Assembly (NCBI GenBank): GCA_947623225.1
Contig: CANQGO010000005.1
Location: 423 to 64,422 of the forward strand
Origin: an uncultured Clostridia bacterium
Lineage (GTDB): Bacteria > Bacillota > Clostridia > Christensenellales > CAG-314
Reading direction: 5' to 3'
Length of the DNA: 64,000 bases
A model generated the notes under the pieces. That model saw only the letters and a list, made by a program, of their open reading frames with translations. It was not told the DNA's origin and did no database searches. Positions within the stretch are counted from its first letter, which is position 1. Each line of letters begins with the position of its first letter. Positions 45,973 to 56,800 of the stretch are shown piece by piece. Position numbers and translations under genes: made by a program.

Positions 45973-46698
45973 ATGCTGCCTTCCAAAACCTATTTGCAAC
46001 AGAATATACCCGTCAGGCAGGGGGACTGTGACGCAAGCGGTTGCGTGAGCCTGCATGCGGTGGCGCGTTGGCTGCAGGACGCGGCAAGCGAGCACGCAGA
46101 GAGATTGGGCTTCGGCTGGGACAGCCTGGACGCCGCCGGGTGCCTGTGGGTGCTGTCCAAGCTGAAGATACGCCTCGACATACCCTTCGCCGCGGATACA
46201 GCCGACTTCACGCTGTATACCTGGCCGCTCCGCCCCGCGCGCTTCTTTGCGGAACGTTGCTTTGCGGGGGTGAAGGAGGACAGAACGCTGTTTTCCGCCA
46301 CCTCGCTGTGGACGGTGATAGACCGCAATACACGAAGGATCGTCTCCGCGGACAAGCTGAACAGCATATATCGCTGTGACTTCGACGACGCGCATTGCGA
46401 CGTGACGGCGGACTTTGTGCGCCTTCGCCGCGACGAAAGCTATGTACAGTGCTATACCAAGACCGTGCGCCGCAGCGATCTGGACGTGAACGGACACGTG
46501 AACAACACCAACTATGTCAACTACGCGCTGGACGTGCTGCAGCCGGGCGAGCGTGTGACGGAGGCGGAGATAGTGTTTCAGAAGGAATTACTCTTCGGCG
46601 ATACCGTTACGGTGTATGCCAAGCGGGAAAGCGGCAAAGTATACGTCATAGGCGAACGGGACGAGACCTGCTTCACCGCCGTACTGACTATAGCATAG
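45973..46698 (+). CDS. acyl-ACP thioesterase (Fat-type, double hotdog)
   Basis: MLPSKTYLQQNIPVRQGDCDASGCVSL...LQDAASEHAERLG and the second-hotdog motif DLDVNGHVNNTNYVNYALD. Confidence 0.8.
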   Translation: MLPSKTYLQQNIPVRQGDCDASGCVSLHAVARWLQDAASEHAERLGFGWDSLDAAGCLWVLSKLKIRLDIPFAADTADFTLYTWPLRPARFFAERCFAGVKEDRTLFSATSLWTVIDRNTRRIVSADKLNSIYRCDFDDAHCDVTADFVRLRRDESYVQCYTKTVRRSDLDVNGHVNNTNYVNYALDVLQPGERVTEAEIVFQKELLFGDTVTVYAKRESGKVYVIGERDETCFTAVLTIA

Positions 46699-46710
46699 GA
46701 TAAAACGCAA

Positions 46711-46736
46711 CAAAAAAGCCCGACGACCGTCGGGCT
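46711..46736 (-). terminator. terminator for the minus-strand MarR gene
   Basis: GCCCGAC / GTCGGGC hairpin. The U-run is present only in the minus-strand sense (plus-strand CAAAAAA). Confidence 0.6.
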
Positions 46737-46750
46737 GTAATATTGTAAGG

Positions 46751-47191
46751 CTATTCTTCGCGGTAGCCGAAGTAACTCATCACGTACGCTATGCTGTCGT
46801 ACAGTTTGTCTATCTCGTCGGATGACTTCTTGCTCAGCACATAGCCCAACTTGCGGTCTATCTCGTTTTTGAGCGAGTTGAGCAACTCCGTGCCCTTGGG
46901 CGCGAGACGCGCGTAGAACTTGCGGCGATTGTGCTCGTCACAGACGCGTTCTACCATGTCCATATCCGTCAGCACGTCTATCACCTTGGTGAGTTGTTGA
47001 TTGCTCATGCACAGATCGGCGGCGAGTTCGGACATGCTGAGTTGGCTGCTCTGGTTGAGAATGTGCAGGCAGGTCAGCTGAGTGATGGAGATGGGAATAT
47101 CCTTGATGGATACCAGATTGCGATACATTTTGCGCATCTTGGGATAGTACGCAAAGATAAGGTCGGCGAGTTCGGAAACACTTCTGCTCAT
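46751..47191 (-). CDS. MarR-family transcriptional regulator
   Basis: ITQLTCLHILNQSSQLSMSELAADLCMSNQQLTKVIDVLTDMDMVERVCDEHNRRKFYARLAPKG. Confidence 0.85.
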   Translation of the reverse strand: MSRSVSELADLIFAYYPKMRKMYRNLVSIKDIPISITQLTCLHILNQSSQLSMSELAADLCMSNQQLTKVIDVLTDMDMVERVCDEHNRRKFYARLAPKGTELLNSLKNEIDRKLGYVLSKKSSDEIDKLYDSIAYVMSYFGYREE

Positions 47192-47353
47192 ATGTAAGCC
47201 TCTTTATGTCCAAATTATAGCCGTTTTACGCCGTTTTGTCAACATGAGCGTCGGGCAAAAGCGAAATAATTTTTGCTCTGTTTTGTTCTGCGCTCTTGCA
47301 ATATATCGCTTTTTGGTGTAAACTGATACGGAATGGATGGAATGGAGGTTCAG

Positions 47354-47902
47354 ATGAACAAAGCAGTTGCGGTAGTGGGAATGTGCGGCTCCGGCAAGAG
47401 CGTACTGTGCAAGTATTTCACCGATATGGGTTGGGAGAGCGTGTACTTCGGCGGCGTGGCGGTGTCACAGCTGCAGAAGGACGGTATCCCCGTCAACGAA
47501 GCCAACGAGCGTCGCGTGCGCGAGCAACTTCGTCACGACCTGGGCATGGGCGCGTTCGCCATAGTGCTCAAAGACGAGATCTTGGATAAACTCTCTCGCG
47601 GCAATGTGGTGCTGGACGGGCTGTACAGCTGGAGCGAGTACCTTATACTCAAGCAATTGCTGGGCGACGACCTCGTGATACTTGCCGTCGTCACCAACAG
47701 CGATATTCGCAAGCAGCGTCTTGCCTGCCGTCAGGTACGCCCCCTGTCCGCAGAGATGGTGGATAGCCGCGACGTGGCGGAGATAGAACATTCCGAAAAG
47801 GGCGGTCCCATAGCCAAAGCCGACTACTACGTGATGAATAACGGCACAGAAGCGGAGCTTAAAGCGCAATTCCAAGCCTTCATGCAGTGGCTGTGCAGAT
47901 GA
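47354..47902 (+). CDS. P-loop nucleotide/nucleoside kinase-like protein (dephospho-CoA-kinase-like fold)
   Basis: Walker A VVGMCGSGKS. GGAGG RBS 5 nt upstream. Substrate is unknown. Confidence 0.6.
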   Translation: MNKAVAVVGMCGSGKSVLCKYFTDMGWESVYFGGVAVSQLQKDGIPVNEANERRVREQLRHDLGMGAFAIVLKDEILDKLSRGNVVLDGLYSWSEYLILKQLLGDDLVILAVVTNSDIRKQRLACRQVRPLSAEMVDSRDVAEIEHSEKGGPIAKADYYVMNNGTEAELKAQFQAFMQWLCR

Positions 47903-47916
47903 TCCCGAGCAATATA

Positions 47917-47949
47917 AAACGCTCTTCCTTGTAGGGGAGAGCGTTTTTT
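47917..47949. terminator. bidirectional terminator
   Basis: AAACGCTCTTCC, a loop, GGGGAGAGCGTTT, then TTT. The upstream flank is A/T-rich. Confidence 0.7.
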
Positions 47950-47956
47950 ACGTTAT

Positions 47957-49390
47957 CTACTTCTTCGCTCGGTGCGGCTTTGCGGTATCTTCCACCGGAG
48001 TGCACGGGCGGATGAAGAAGCGTATGAGTATGGGCAGACTGACCGCCGCCGTCAGAAAGTCGGCTATGGGCTGGGCTATCTGTATGCCCGTCAGTCCCCA
48101 TATGCCTGTGGTGAGCAGCAGTACGGGTATGAATATAAGCCCCGAGCGCAGCAGCGCGAGGAAGGACGCCATGCCTGCCTTGCGTATGCTCTGGTAGGTC
48201 ATATTGAGCGGAATGAACAGCGGCATGAACAGCTGACCGAATATGGCATAGCGCATGGCGGGAGTGGCAAAGGCTATGACTGCCGGATCTTCCTGGAATA
48301 TGCGTACGAAGAAGCGCGGAGCGGCTATGATGGGCAAGCCGAGTACCGTCACACAGCCCAGACAGATGAGACATGCCACCCATAGTCCCTGCTTGACGCG
48401 GGAGTACTTGCGCGCCTGATAGTTGAAGGAAGCCACAGGCTGCAGACCTTGACTGATGCCCATGCCCACGCACATGACGAAGTTGCTTATGCGGTTGACC
48501 ACCGTCATACCGTCTATGGCTACGTCCGCCATTTGCTCGCTCACCGTGCCGCCGTATCTGCCCGCGAGAGTATTGAGCAGTCCGCTGCTGATACTGTTCA
48601 GCCCCTGACGTATGAAGGAGGGAAATCCCGTGCGGAATATCTGCGCGTACAGCCTGCCTTGACGGCTTATATGCCGTAGGCGTATCTTGCTCTGGGCGGT
48701 GCGGATGAAGCCTATGAGCAGTATGACGAAACTTATTATCTGCGATATGGCAGTCGCCATACCCGCGCCGAATACGCCGAGACCGCACAGGCGGATGAAT
48801 ATATAGTCCATGCCCATATTCAGCAGTCCGCCGCTGACCAGCCCTATCATGGCGAAAAAGGCTTTGCCCTCGTAGCGCAGGTTGTTGTTCAATATGAGAC
48901 TGCATATCATGAATGGGCAACTGATGAGCACCCACATGCCGTAGTCGCGGGCGTAGGGCAGTATGGTCTCGGTAGAGCCGAGCAGGCGCATGAGCGGGGA
49001 CAGGAATATAAGCCCCAACGCCGTCATCAGCAGACCTATCGCTCCGCCGAGGAAAAATGCGGACGATACGTACTTGGACGCACGGGGGACGTTTTTCTCC
49101 GCGAGTTCTTTGGAAACGTATGTGCCAGAGCCGTGTCCGAGCATGAATGCGATCGCTTGTATGATGGACTGCAACGTGAAGAGTATACCTATGGACCCCT
49201 GCGCACTGGTGTTCAACTCGCCGCTTGCGTTGGTGATGGTACCAACGAAGTAGGTATCCGCCATATTGTATATACTGGTGATGAGCATGCTCACGGTGGT
49301 GGGTATCCCCAGCCGTACGACCAGCCGCGCTACCGGCGTGCGCGTCATTTTATTGTAGTATATTTCCGTTGCCTGTTGCTGTTCATTCAT
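47957..49390 (-). CDS. MATE-family efflux transporter
   Basis: MNEQQQATEIYYNKMTRTPVARLVVRLGIPTTVSMLITSIYNMADTYFVG, with 12 TM helices. Confidence 0.88.
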   Translation of the reverse strand: MNEQQQATEIYYNKMTRTPVARLVVRLGIPTTVSMLITSIYNMADTYFVGTITNASGELNTSAQGSIGILFTLQSIIQAIAFMLGHGSGTYVSKELAEKNVPRASKYVSSAFFLGGAIGLLMTALGLIFLSPLMRLLGSTETILPYARDYGMWVLISCPFMICSLILNNNLRYEGKAFFAMIGLVSGGLLNMGMDYIFIRLCGLGVFGAGMATAISQIISFVILLIGFIRTAQSKIRLRHISRQGRLYAQIFRTGFPSFIRQGLNSISSGLLNTLAGRYGGTVSEQMADVAIDGMTVVNRISNFVMCVGMGISQGLQPVASFNYQARKYSRVKQGLWVACLICLGCVTVLGLPIIAAPRFFVRIFQEDPAVIAFATPAMRYAIFGQLFMPLFIPLNMTYQSIRKAGMASFLALLRSGLIFIPVLLLTTGIWGLTGIQIAQPIADFLTAAVSLPILIRFFIRPCTPVEDTAKPHRAKK

Positions 49391-49507
49391 AAGTGTATAT
49401 AGTTTACTACCACGACAATAATATGTCAACAAACCGAGCACGGACACTCGGTCAACACTTGCAAGAGGTACTCATATGTGGTATAATCTTGCCATACGGA
49501 GGCGCAA

Positions 49508-49948
49508 GTGAAAGCGGTCATACAGAGAGTAAGCGGTGCGACATTGACGGCGGAGGGACGAGAAGTATCCCGCATAGGCAACGGATTGGTGGTGTTTTTC
49601 TGCGTGGAGCGGGAGGATCCCGAGCCGCTGTGTGCGCGTTTCGCGGACAAGTTGGCAAAGTTGCGTATATTCGAGGACGGCGCAGGCAAGATGAACCTGT
49701 CCGTGACGGACGTGGGTGGCGAGGTGCTGCTGGTGTCTCAGTTCACGCTGGCGGCGGATCTGCGTCACGGCAACAGACCGAGTTTCACGGAGGCAGAGCA
49801 GCCGGAGCGTGCGAAGGAATTGTACCTCAGGACGGCGGACCTGCTGCGCGACAGGGGCATACCTACGCAGTTGGGCATATTCGGCGCGGATATGACGGTG
49901 TCCCAGCACAATGCCGGTCCCGTCACCGTGATCTGGGAGGAAAGATGA
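49508..49948 (+). CDS. dtd: D-aminoacyl-tRNA deacylase
   Basis: MKAVIQRV...LLVSQFTL..D...GNRPSF, with C-terminal NAGPVT. GTG start. Confidence 0.9.
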   Translation: MKAVIQRVSGATLTAEGREVSRIGNGLVVFFCVEREDPEPLCARFADKLAKLRIFEDGAGKMNLSVTDVGGEVLLVSQFTLAADLRHGNRPSFTEAEQPERAKELYLRTADLLRDRGIPTQLGIFGADMTVSQHNAGPVTVIWEER

Positions 49949-51138
49949 AGAGTCTCAGACAGTTATATAAGATAGGAGTAGGTCCTTCTTCGTCCCATAC
50001 TATGGGACCGGTGAAGGCTACGGAGATGTTTCTCGCCCGGCACGGCGACTGCGACAGTTATACGGTGACGCTCATGGGCTCTCTCGCCATGACGGGAGAG
50101 GGGCACGGCACGGACGTGGCGATCAGGCGCGCCTTCGGCGACAGAGACGTGACGGTAGTGTTCGACAGACAGACCAAGTGCGTCCATCCCAATACCATGG
50201 AGTTCGTGGGCTACAAGCAGGGGCAGGAACCGGTGCGTATGCAGATATTCAGCATCGGCGGCGGAGACATACTGGTCGCCGGAGACAATCCCGTCGAGGG
50301 CGAGGAAGTGTATCCCGAGAATACATTCGAGCAGATCAAGTCCCGTTGCAACAGCGAAGGCATACGCCTGTGGCAGTACGCCATAGAGCAGGAAGGCGAG
50401 GGTATCCTCGAGTATATGTACGCTATATGGCAGGTCATGCAGCGGTGTGTGGCGGAGGGACTGGACGCAGAAGGAGTACTGCCCGGCGGACTGAACGTAC
50501 AGCGTCGCGCGCGCAAGTTGCTCAACGAGCAAAACGATATCACCCGCCATACGCGCCGTGACAGGATAGTGGCGGCGTACGCCTTTGCGGTAGGCGAGCA
50601 GAACGCTGCCGGCGGAGTGGTGGTGACCGCGCCCACGTGCGGCGCAAGCGGAGTGCTGCCGGCGGTATTGGTGTATGCCAAGCAGCAGCAGGACTACACC
50701 GACGAGCAGATATGCCGCGCCTTGCTCACGGCAGGTATAGTGGGCAATGTAGTCAAGACCAACGCCTCCATCTCCGGTGCGGAGTGCGGCTGTCAGGCGG
50801 AGATAGGCACGGCAGGCTCTATGGCTGCCGCCGCTCTGGCGGAGTTGTACGGTATGACGCTCGACGAGATAGAGTACAGCGCGGAAGTGGCACTCGAGCA
50901 CCAACTGGGTCTCACATGCGACCCCGTGAACGGTCTGGTGCAGATACCCTGCATAGAGCGCAATGCCGTCTGTGCCATGCGCGCCATCAACGCCGTCAGT
51001 CTCGCCACATTCCTTGCGGACAGCCGCAAGATCAGTTTCGACACGGTAGTACGCGTCATGTACGAGACGGGCAGGGATATATCGGAAAAGTACCGCGAGA
51101 CGTCGGTGGGCGGACTCGCCAAAATGTACACCAAATAA
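49945..51138 (+). CDS. sdaA: L-serine ammonia-lyase, iron-sulfur dependent, single chain
   Basis: MKSLRQLYKIGVGPSSSHTMGP and TAPTCGASGVLPAV. The ATG overlaps the dtd stop. Confidence 0.88.
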   Translation: MKSLRQLYKIGVGPSSSHTMGPVKATEMFLARHGDCDSYTVTLMGSLAMTGEGHGTDVAIRRAFGDRDVTVVFDRQTKCVHPNTMEFVGYKQGQEPVRMQIFSIGGGDILVAGDNPVEGEEVYPENTFEQIKSRCNSEGIRLWQYAIEQEGEGILEYMYAIWQVMQRCVAEGLDAEGVLPGGLNVQRRARKLLNEQNDITRHTRRDRIVAAYAFAVGEQNAAGGVVVTAPTCGASGVLPAVLVYAKQQQDYTDEQICRALLTAGIVGNVVKTNASISGAECGCQAEIGTAGSMAAAALAELYGMTLDEIEYSAEVALEHQLGLTCDPVNGLVQIPCIERNAVCAMRAINAVSLATFLADSRKISFDTVVRVMYETGRDISEKYRETSVGGLAKMYTK

Positions 51139-51215
51139 TTTTCGCAAACGTATTTACTTGACGGGAAAAAAGTTGTACAATAATAAATACACCAAATAAA
51201 TTTCGGAGATAGACT

Positions 51216-53021
51216 ATGACACAACAGAGAAAAGTCAGACTGACATTGTCCATCATAGTGTTGGCGGCACTCCTGCTCGCCGTGGCAATGCCTTTTGCTC
51301 TGAAAACTTCTGCCGCGGACGCCGCACCTGTATTGGCGGATACGTCTGCAACAAATACGTACTACAGCGGCAATTACTACAACAATCTGAATACCAACCT
51401 GACGGGCACGGCATTCAGGACGGAATTGTACAATTTGATATCCAATCCGCATAAGAATTCTACTTATGACGGATTGAAAACGGTATACAAGACATCCGAC
51501 GCGGACCCCAACAGAAACGGCAATATATTGTGGTTCTATACCGGTACGTCCACGTCCTACAACGGAAGTATGGGCAGTTCCGCAGGGACAACGAATCGTG
51601 AACACGTATGGCCCAAAAGAGGGGGCAAAGCCTTCACTCCCATAGAATCGGAAGCAGGCAGCGACGCTCACCATCTTCGCCCGACGGATGCGACGCTGAA
51701 TAGTACTCGCGGCGAAAAAGATTTCGACGAAGTGCCTCAGACCTCTTCGAATATAGTGTCCGAAGCCGGCAAGAAAAACTACGGCTCTTCTCCGGACGGA
51801 CTTTGCTATTCTACCAGTACGTCGTTCTATCCCGCCAAAGGCTATCGCGGAGCGACGGCGCGCATTTTGTTCTATGTGCAGGTGCGCTGGGGAGACAAAA
51901 ACAGTTTGCGATTTGTAGACACGGTGGGCACCTCCGGCAAGACGCTGGGCAAGATATCCACTTTGCTCAAGTGGCACCTGGAGGAGCCGCCTACAGAGGA
52001 GGAGATACGCCGCAACGAAGTGGTATTCGGCTTACAAAATAACCGCAACCCCTTCATAGATCACCCGGAGTATGCCGAGATGATATACTGCTACGACGGT
52101 CAGACTTACAACAACGCGCTCAAGGCGGTCGTGGAGTCACACGGCGGCGGATATATGAGCGGTACGCCCGTAGTGCCGCCGACGCCGGATGAGACGCCGA
52201 CGCAGTTGACGTTGTCGGCAAGTTCGCTCAGTCTGAAAGTGGGCGAGACCTCGCAGCCGATAACGGTATCGGCATTGCCGCAGGGCGCGAGCAACAGCGT
52301 GGTATGGGGCACGAGCGACAACAGCGTCGCCACCGTCAACAACGGCGCAGTGACTGCCGTGGGCGCAGGTACTGCCACCATCACGGCGGTAAGCGTACTG
52401 GACGAGAATGTGAAGGCAAGCCTTACGGTGACGGTGACGCAGGCGGAAGCACCGCCCGTTGTCATAGAAAAGTTGGAGATCTTTCCTTCTTCGCTATCCA
52501 TGACGCAGGGAGGTACGCGGCAACTCTCGGTGCAGGTGACGCCCGAGAGGGCGAGCACCGCAGTCACCTGGAGCAGTACGCAGCCCGACGTGGCTACGGT
52601 ATCGGCAAGCGGACTGGTCACGGCGGTGAAGGAAGGGGAGACTGTGATCACCGCGACGTCGGTGGCGGATCCCAACGTGTCTGCCAGCGTCAAGGTGAAA
52701 GTAGTGTCGCAGGCGGTGAATACGGAGACGTTCCGCTCGGCGATGGCGTCATACGGCGTGGCGCAGACATTGGAAGATAAGTATAACGCGCTGCAACGGG
52801 CGATAGAAGCCTACGGCAATATGGACGAAGCCTCCAAGGCTACGGTGACGGCGGAGCATGAGCAGATGATAGAAGCCGTCGAGAAGTTCAACGGCAGCGT
52901 GGGGATATACAACAACGAGATATACAACGCTGCACAGTTTGCTTCTCAGACGACGGCGTTGAGCATATCCGCTGTACTGCTGGCGATAGTCGCCATAGTA
53001 GGCAAGGCACTGGGGAGGTGA
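51216..53021 (+). CDS. secreted endonuclease I-family nuclease fused to two Big_2 Ig-like domains, with a C-terminal TM anchor
   Basis: Signal peptide, then NREHVWPK, DAHHLRPTD, NSTRGEKDF and NRNPFIDHPE (Endonuclease_1 motifs). Two Big_2-like repeats follow (VWGTSDNSVATV..GTATITA and VTWSSTQPDVATV..GETVITA). The terminal helix is ALSISAVLLAIVAIVGKALG. Confidence 0.8.
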   Translation: MTQQRKVRLTLSIIVLAALLLAVAMPFALKTSAADAAPVLADTSATNTYYSGNYYNNLNTNLTGTAFRTELYNLISNPHKNSTYDGLKTVYKTSDADPNRNGNILWFYTGTSTSYNGSMGSSAGTTNREHVWPKRGGKAFTPIESEAGSDAHHLRPTDATLNSTRGEKDFDEVPQTSSNIVSEAGKKNYGSSPDGLCYSTSTSFYPAKGYRGATARILFYVQVRWGDKNSLRFVDTVGTSGKTLGKISTLLKWHLEEPPTEEEIRRNEVVFGLQNNRNPFIDHPEYAEMIYCYDGQTYNNALKAVVESHGGGYMSGTPVVPPTPDETPTQLTLSASSLSLKVGETSQPITVSALPQGASNSVVWGTSDNSVATVNNGAVTAVGAGTATITAVSVLDENVKASLTVTVTQAEAPPVVIEKLEIFPSSLSMTQGGTRQLSVQVTPERASTAVTWSSTQPDVATVSASGLVTAVKEGETVITATSVADPNVSASVKVKVVSQAVNTETFRSAMASYGVAQTLEDKYNALQRAIEAYGNMDEASKATVTAEHEQMIEAVEKFNGSVGIYNNEIYNAAQFASQTTALSISAVLLAIVAIVGKALGR

Positions 53022-53025
53022 CGTG

Positions 53026-53625
53026 ATGAAGAAGATATATATATTGCTTGTCGCAGTCATACTCACGCTGACGCTGGTGTGCGCGGCGGCATGCGAGTCC
53101 GAAGAACTCACGGAGCAGATCAACGAAGCACTCAAAAAAGACTACACTTCCGTCACGGTGAATACCGTCGTGAAGATGGAAAGTTACACGTTGAACGGCG
53201 TGTACAATATCCGCTATGACGGAGATTCCGCCACGGTGGAGTATACATTTGACAAATTCAACACGCTGGACCCGAACGGGGACAACAGCGACTCCCTGAT
53301 ATCCACCGTATCCGGCACGGCGTCCGTGGTGGACGGCAAGATAGTCGGAGAGGACGTCGACCTCAATGCCGGTGTGCTGGCATATACGGGGTTCAGCTTC
53401 AAAAAGAATTTTCTCAAAGTGACCAACGACTCCAGGACGGTGCTGAACGCTCAGGTGCTCAACCCGAAGGCATTCGTAGGCAACAACGACTTCGGCGGCA
53501 CGGATATGACCGTCAGCGTCATCTGCGGCGGCGGTATCTTGCAAAAACTTGCCGTGGAGTACACATCCGTACAGGGCGCGAACGTCTCCGTGACCTACCT
53601 GTTCCAAACCGACTCTGCAAATTAA
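53026..53625 (+). CDS. lipoprotein, unknown function
   Basis: Lipobox MKKIYILLVAVILTLTLVCAAAC. It directly follows the nuclease gene. Confidence 0.7.
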   Translation: MKKIYILLVAVILTLTLVCAAACESEELTEQINEALKKDYTSVTVNTVVKMESYTLNGVYNIRYDGDSATVEYTFDKFNTLDPNGDNSDSLISTVSGTASVVDGKIVGEDVDLNAGVLAYTGFSFKKNFLKVTNDSRTVLNAQVLNPKAFVGNNDFGGTDMTVSVICGGGILQKLAVEYTSVQGANVSVTYLFQTDSAN

Positions 53626-53653
53626 CTTTTGCGCCTATTATATTGTTACAGAT

Positions 53654-53686
53654 CGTCCCCGAAGGATATCGGGGACGGTTTTTTTT
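53654..53686 (+). terminator. rho-independent terminator
   Basis: CGTCCCCGA, loop AGGATA, TCGGGGACG, then GTTTTTTTT. Confidence 0.85.
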
Positions 53687-53811
53687 GTTTTTTTATATTT
53701 ATATATAATATATCTACGATTTTTCTTTGAAAATTTACCTAAAATTTACTTGACGCGGTTACAATCATCTACAAGAGTGAAATTTCAGCCCAAAACAAAA
53801 GGAAATCAACT

Positions 53812-56800
53812 ATGCCGAAATTCAAAATAATATGTTTTGTAGTAGCCGCGATCATGGCGGCGGTAGGCACGATGCTGGTATTGAAGAACCTCAATAACGA
53901 CTTCGTGCCGCCGGACAAAGTAGTCTCGACGGACATGAATACCTATCTGGACAGGACGGAGGATATGGATATATCCGACCGTACTCGTGACGCACGCGAA
54001 TTTTTGTTCGTGGCGCACAAGATACTGCTGCAGCGTCCCGCCTTCAAGGGCGTATCCAGCGGAACGTCCACTGCTATGGGCGGTATCGAGCAGAGCGTAT
54101 TGAATACTCGCGTGGTTTTGGGTGAATTCGGCAACAAGCGCGTATTTAAGGAAATGGTGACCAAGGGCATAGTCAGCAACGCTTACCAACTGTATCTGGT
54201 AGGACTGGGCGAAACGGGCAACTACATATACCGCGGATTCGACAGAGTACGCGAGATAGACAACGTGGAGTGGAGCGGACAGGCTCAGCCGCTGTCCATG
54301 CAGGCATTTTACAACAGGTTCGGTCATCGCTCGGATAAGCTGACCAGCTACATACTGAACTGGGACACCGTTACCGACGGAGAGTTCGTGGAAGAGAAGG
54401 ACGGTCTGTACACATTCCTGTACAACCTCGACACTGAGACGGCACCGGCGGATCTGCGCTACGAGATGGTGACCAACGGCAATCTGGCTGACTTCCCCAA
54501 ATTTACCAAGTGCCGCATATACGTCACTATGGACGCCGACTTCAATATCCGTTCTCTGCGCACGGACTGCGCTTACCAAGCCACTACGATGGGTATCAAC
54601 GCACCCTGTGCGGAGGATATCACCGAGGTCATAGAGGACTACGAGGGAGATCTGCCCTATACGGACTTCTTCTCGGCGTATCTCGGTCAGGTGGGCGGCA
54701 ATGACATACAGAGCGATCCCACCGCGCTGAATATGCTTATGGATATGTTCGCGCCGTATCTCGGCGGTGAAGAGCTGAGAGCGTATATGACCGTCACGAA
54801 GGAGGGCGAAGCCGTCACCGACGCGCTCATCTCCCTGTCCGGACTGGATATAAGCGACCTGTCCAAGTTGACGGTGGATATGCGCTTGGGCGAGCTGAAC
54901 GTCTGCTACAAGCACGGCGAAGGCAAGATATTGGTCAATTGGCAAGACTTCAACGGCAGCGCGACGGTGGATGGTATCATGCAACTGGTCGAGGCGTTCT
55001 CTTCGCTCGGGGAGCCGCAAGCCCTCTCGGAGAGTGCTATGCCCGAGATAGACTTGGGCGCATTGCTGGAGGGGCTGACTTTCAGTACGGAAGGCAATAT
55101 ATGCACGGTGGACTTGCCTGTATCGCTCGAGCAGCTCATCGGCGTGGATATGCAGGTGAACGCTCGCTTCACGGGAGTGCTGCAGGGCGATAAGTATGTA
55201 TTCGACCACGCGGATATAAGTATCAACGATACCGATATACACATATCTCTGCGTGAGTGGACTCCGACGGTCATAGACGGCAACGCGCCCGAGATATTGG
55301 GACTTGCCGATCTGATAGTGAACGGCAAACTTGCGCTGAGCGCGGACGTGGAACTGCCGCTGTCCGACAGGACATACCGCGTGCAGGCAAACGTATTGGC
55401 TGATCTGGGCAACGGCTCCGTCAGCGCAGACGCGATACTGGGCAACAACGGCTCCGCGCACATTGTGTATGCGGACAACATAGCGTATCTCGCCCTTGGC
55501 AATGTGAAGGTGCGTCTGGACGTAGACGACACCGATGACCTGCTGACGCTCATAGGTCAATTCGCAGGCGACGGTCTGACGGGCGGAGCATTGCCGCAAG
55601 TAGACGTTGTGGAGATACTGGCACTGCTCGGCGGCTTCCGCGCAGAGGGCGACGGCAGCAACATAACGCTGTCGCTGAGTACGGATGAGCTGACGGTCGG
55701 ACTGGATATAGTCTCCGAACTCGGCAGATGGAATGTACGCTCCGTGACGGTACGGGGCATGGGCATAGAGGCGCAACTGACGCCGTCGGACATGCAGGGT
55801 GAGGTGACTGTACCCGCAGACGGCGACGAATACGCCGACATAACCGAGATGGTAGCCCAATTCGACGGGCCCATACTGGGACTGGCTGTAGCCAACGGCT
55901 ATGCGTTGAATGCGAATGTGGATCTCCTCTCCGACGGCACGGGATACCATCTTGCGGCGCAGGCGTATATAGACGAAGAGGGCAGCGTGAGCGTGAGTGC
56001 TTCCGTAGACAACGGCAATGTCAAGTTGCTGTGTGCGGATGCGGTGTACGCAAAAGACGCGTTGTATCTGCAACTCAACGGTATCAAGGTAGCTTTGCCT
56101 ATATCGGGAAGTGACGGGGACGTGGATATGTCCGCAGCACTTGACCGCCTTGCAGCAGATGAGCAGGTACGGCAGTTGCTGGCAGACAGCGGTATAGTGA
56201 AGATAGTCGCACTTGTCAGACAGTTGGCGGAGTTCGACCCGACGACGCTATTGGACGTGGACTTTGCCGCGCTCATCACCGACTTTGGATACGCTGACGG
56301 CGTACTGTCGCTGGCGGCAGACGGCAGCGCACTCGGGCTGGAGGGCGTGAGCATAGCTTGCTCGCTGTACGTACGCGACGGCGGACTGGCACTGGATATA
56401 GACCGACTGACATTTGCGGATATGACCCTGAGCGGAGACGTAGCGGTGGCTCCGTACAACAGAACGATAGCATTGCCCGACGCGAAGGAGTACGTGACGG
56501 CATTGTATGCCGAGTTGATGGGCGCGCAGGCGTATATCACGGCGGATCTTCTGAATGACGACATATGGGCAAGTGTACATATAGGCAACGAGGATATACT
56601 GCTGCGTTACACGGCAGGCAAGGTATATTTGGTATACGGCGGAGCGCGTATAGCGATAGATACGAAAGAACTGGACACGCTGACGGAGAAGATAGAACAA
56701 CTGACAGGCACTGTCGATACGGCTATGCCGGATATGACGCAACTGCTGGCGGTATTTGCCGCATTGAGCGCGGACTTCACAGGCGAACCGAATATCTCCC

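Noticed and set aside
53687-53811. A promoter for the giant gene in the AT-rich spacer (TTGACG at 53750, TACAAT at 53760).
   Set aside because: No -35/-10 pair with acceptable 16-18 nt spacing could be found, so I did not annotate a promoter. The TSS needs experimental mapping.
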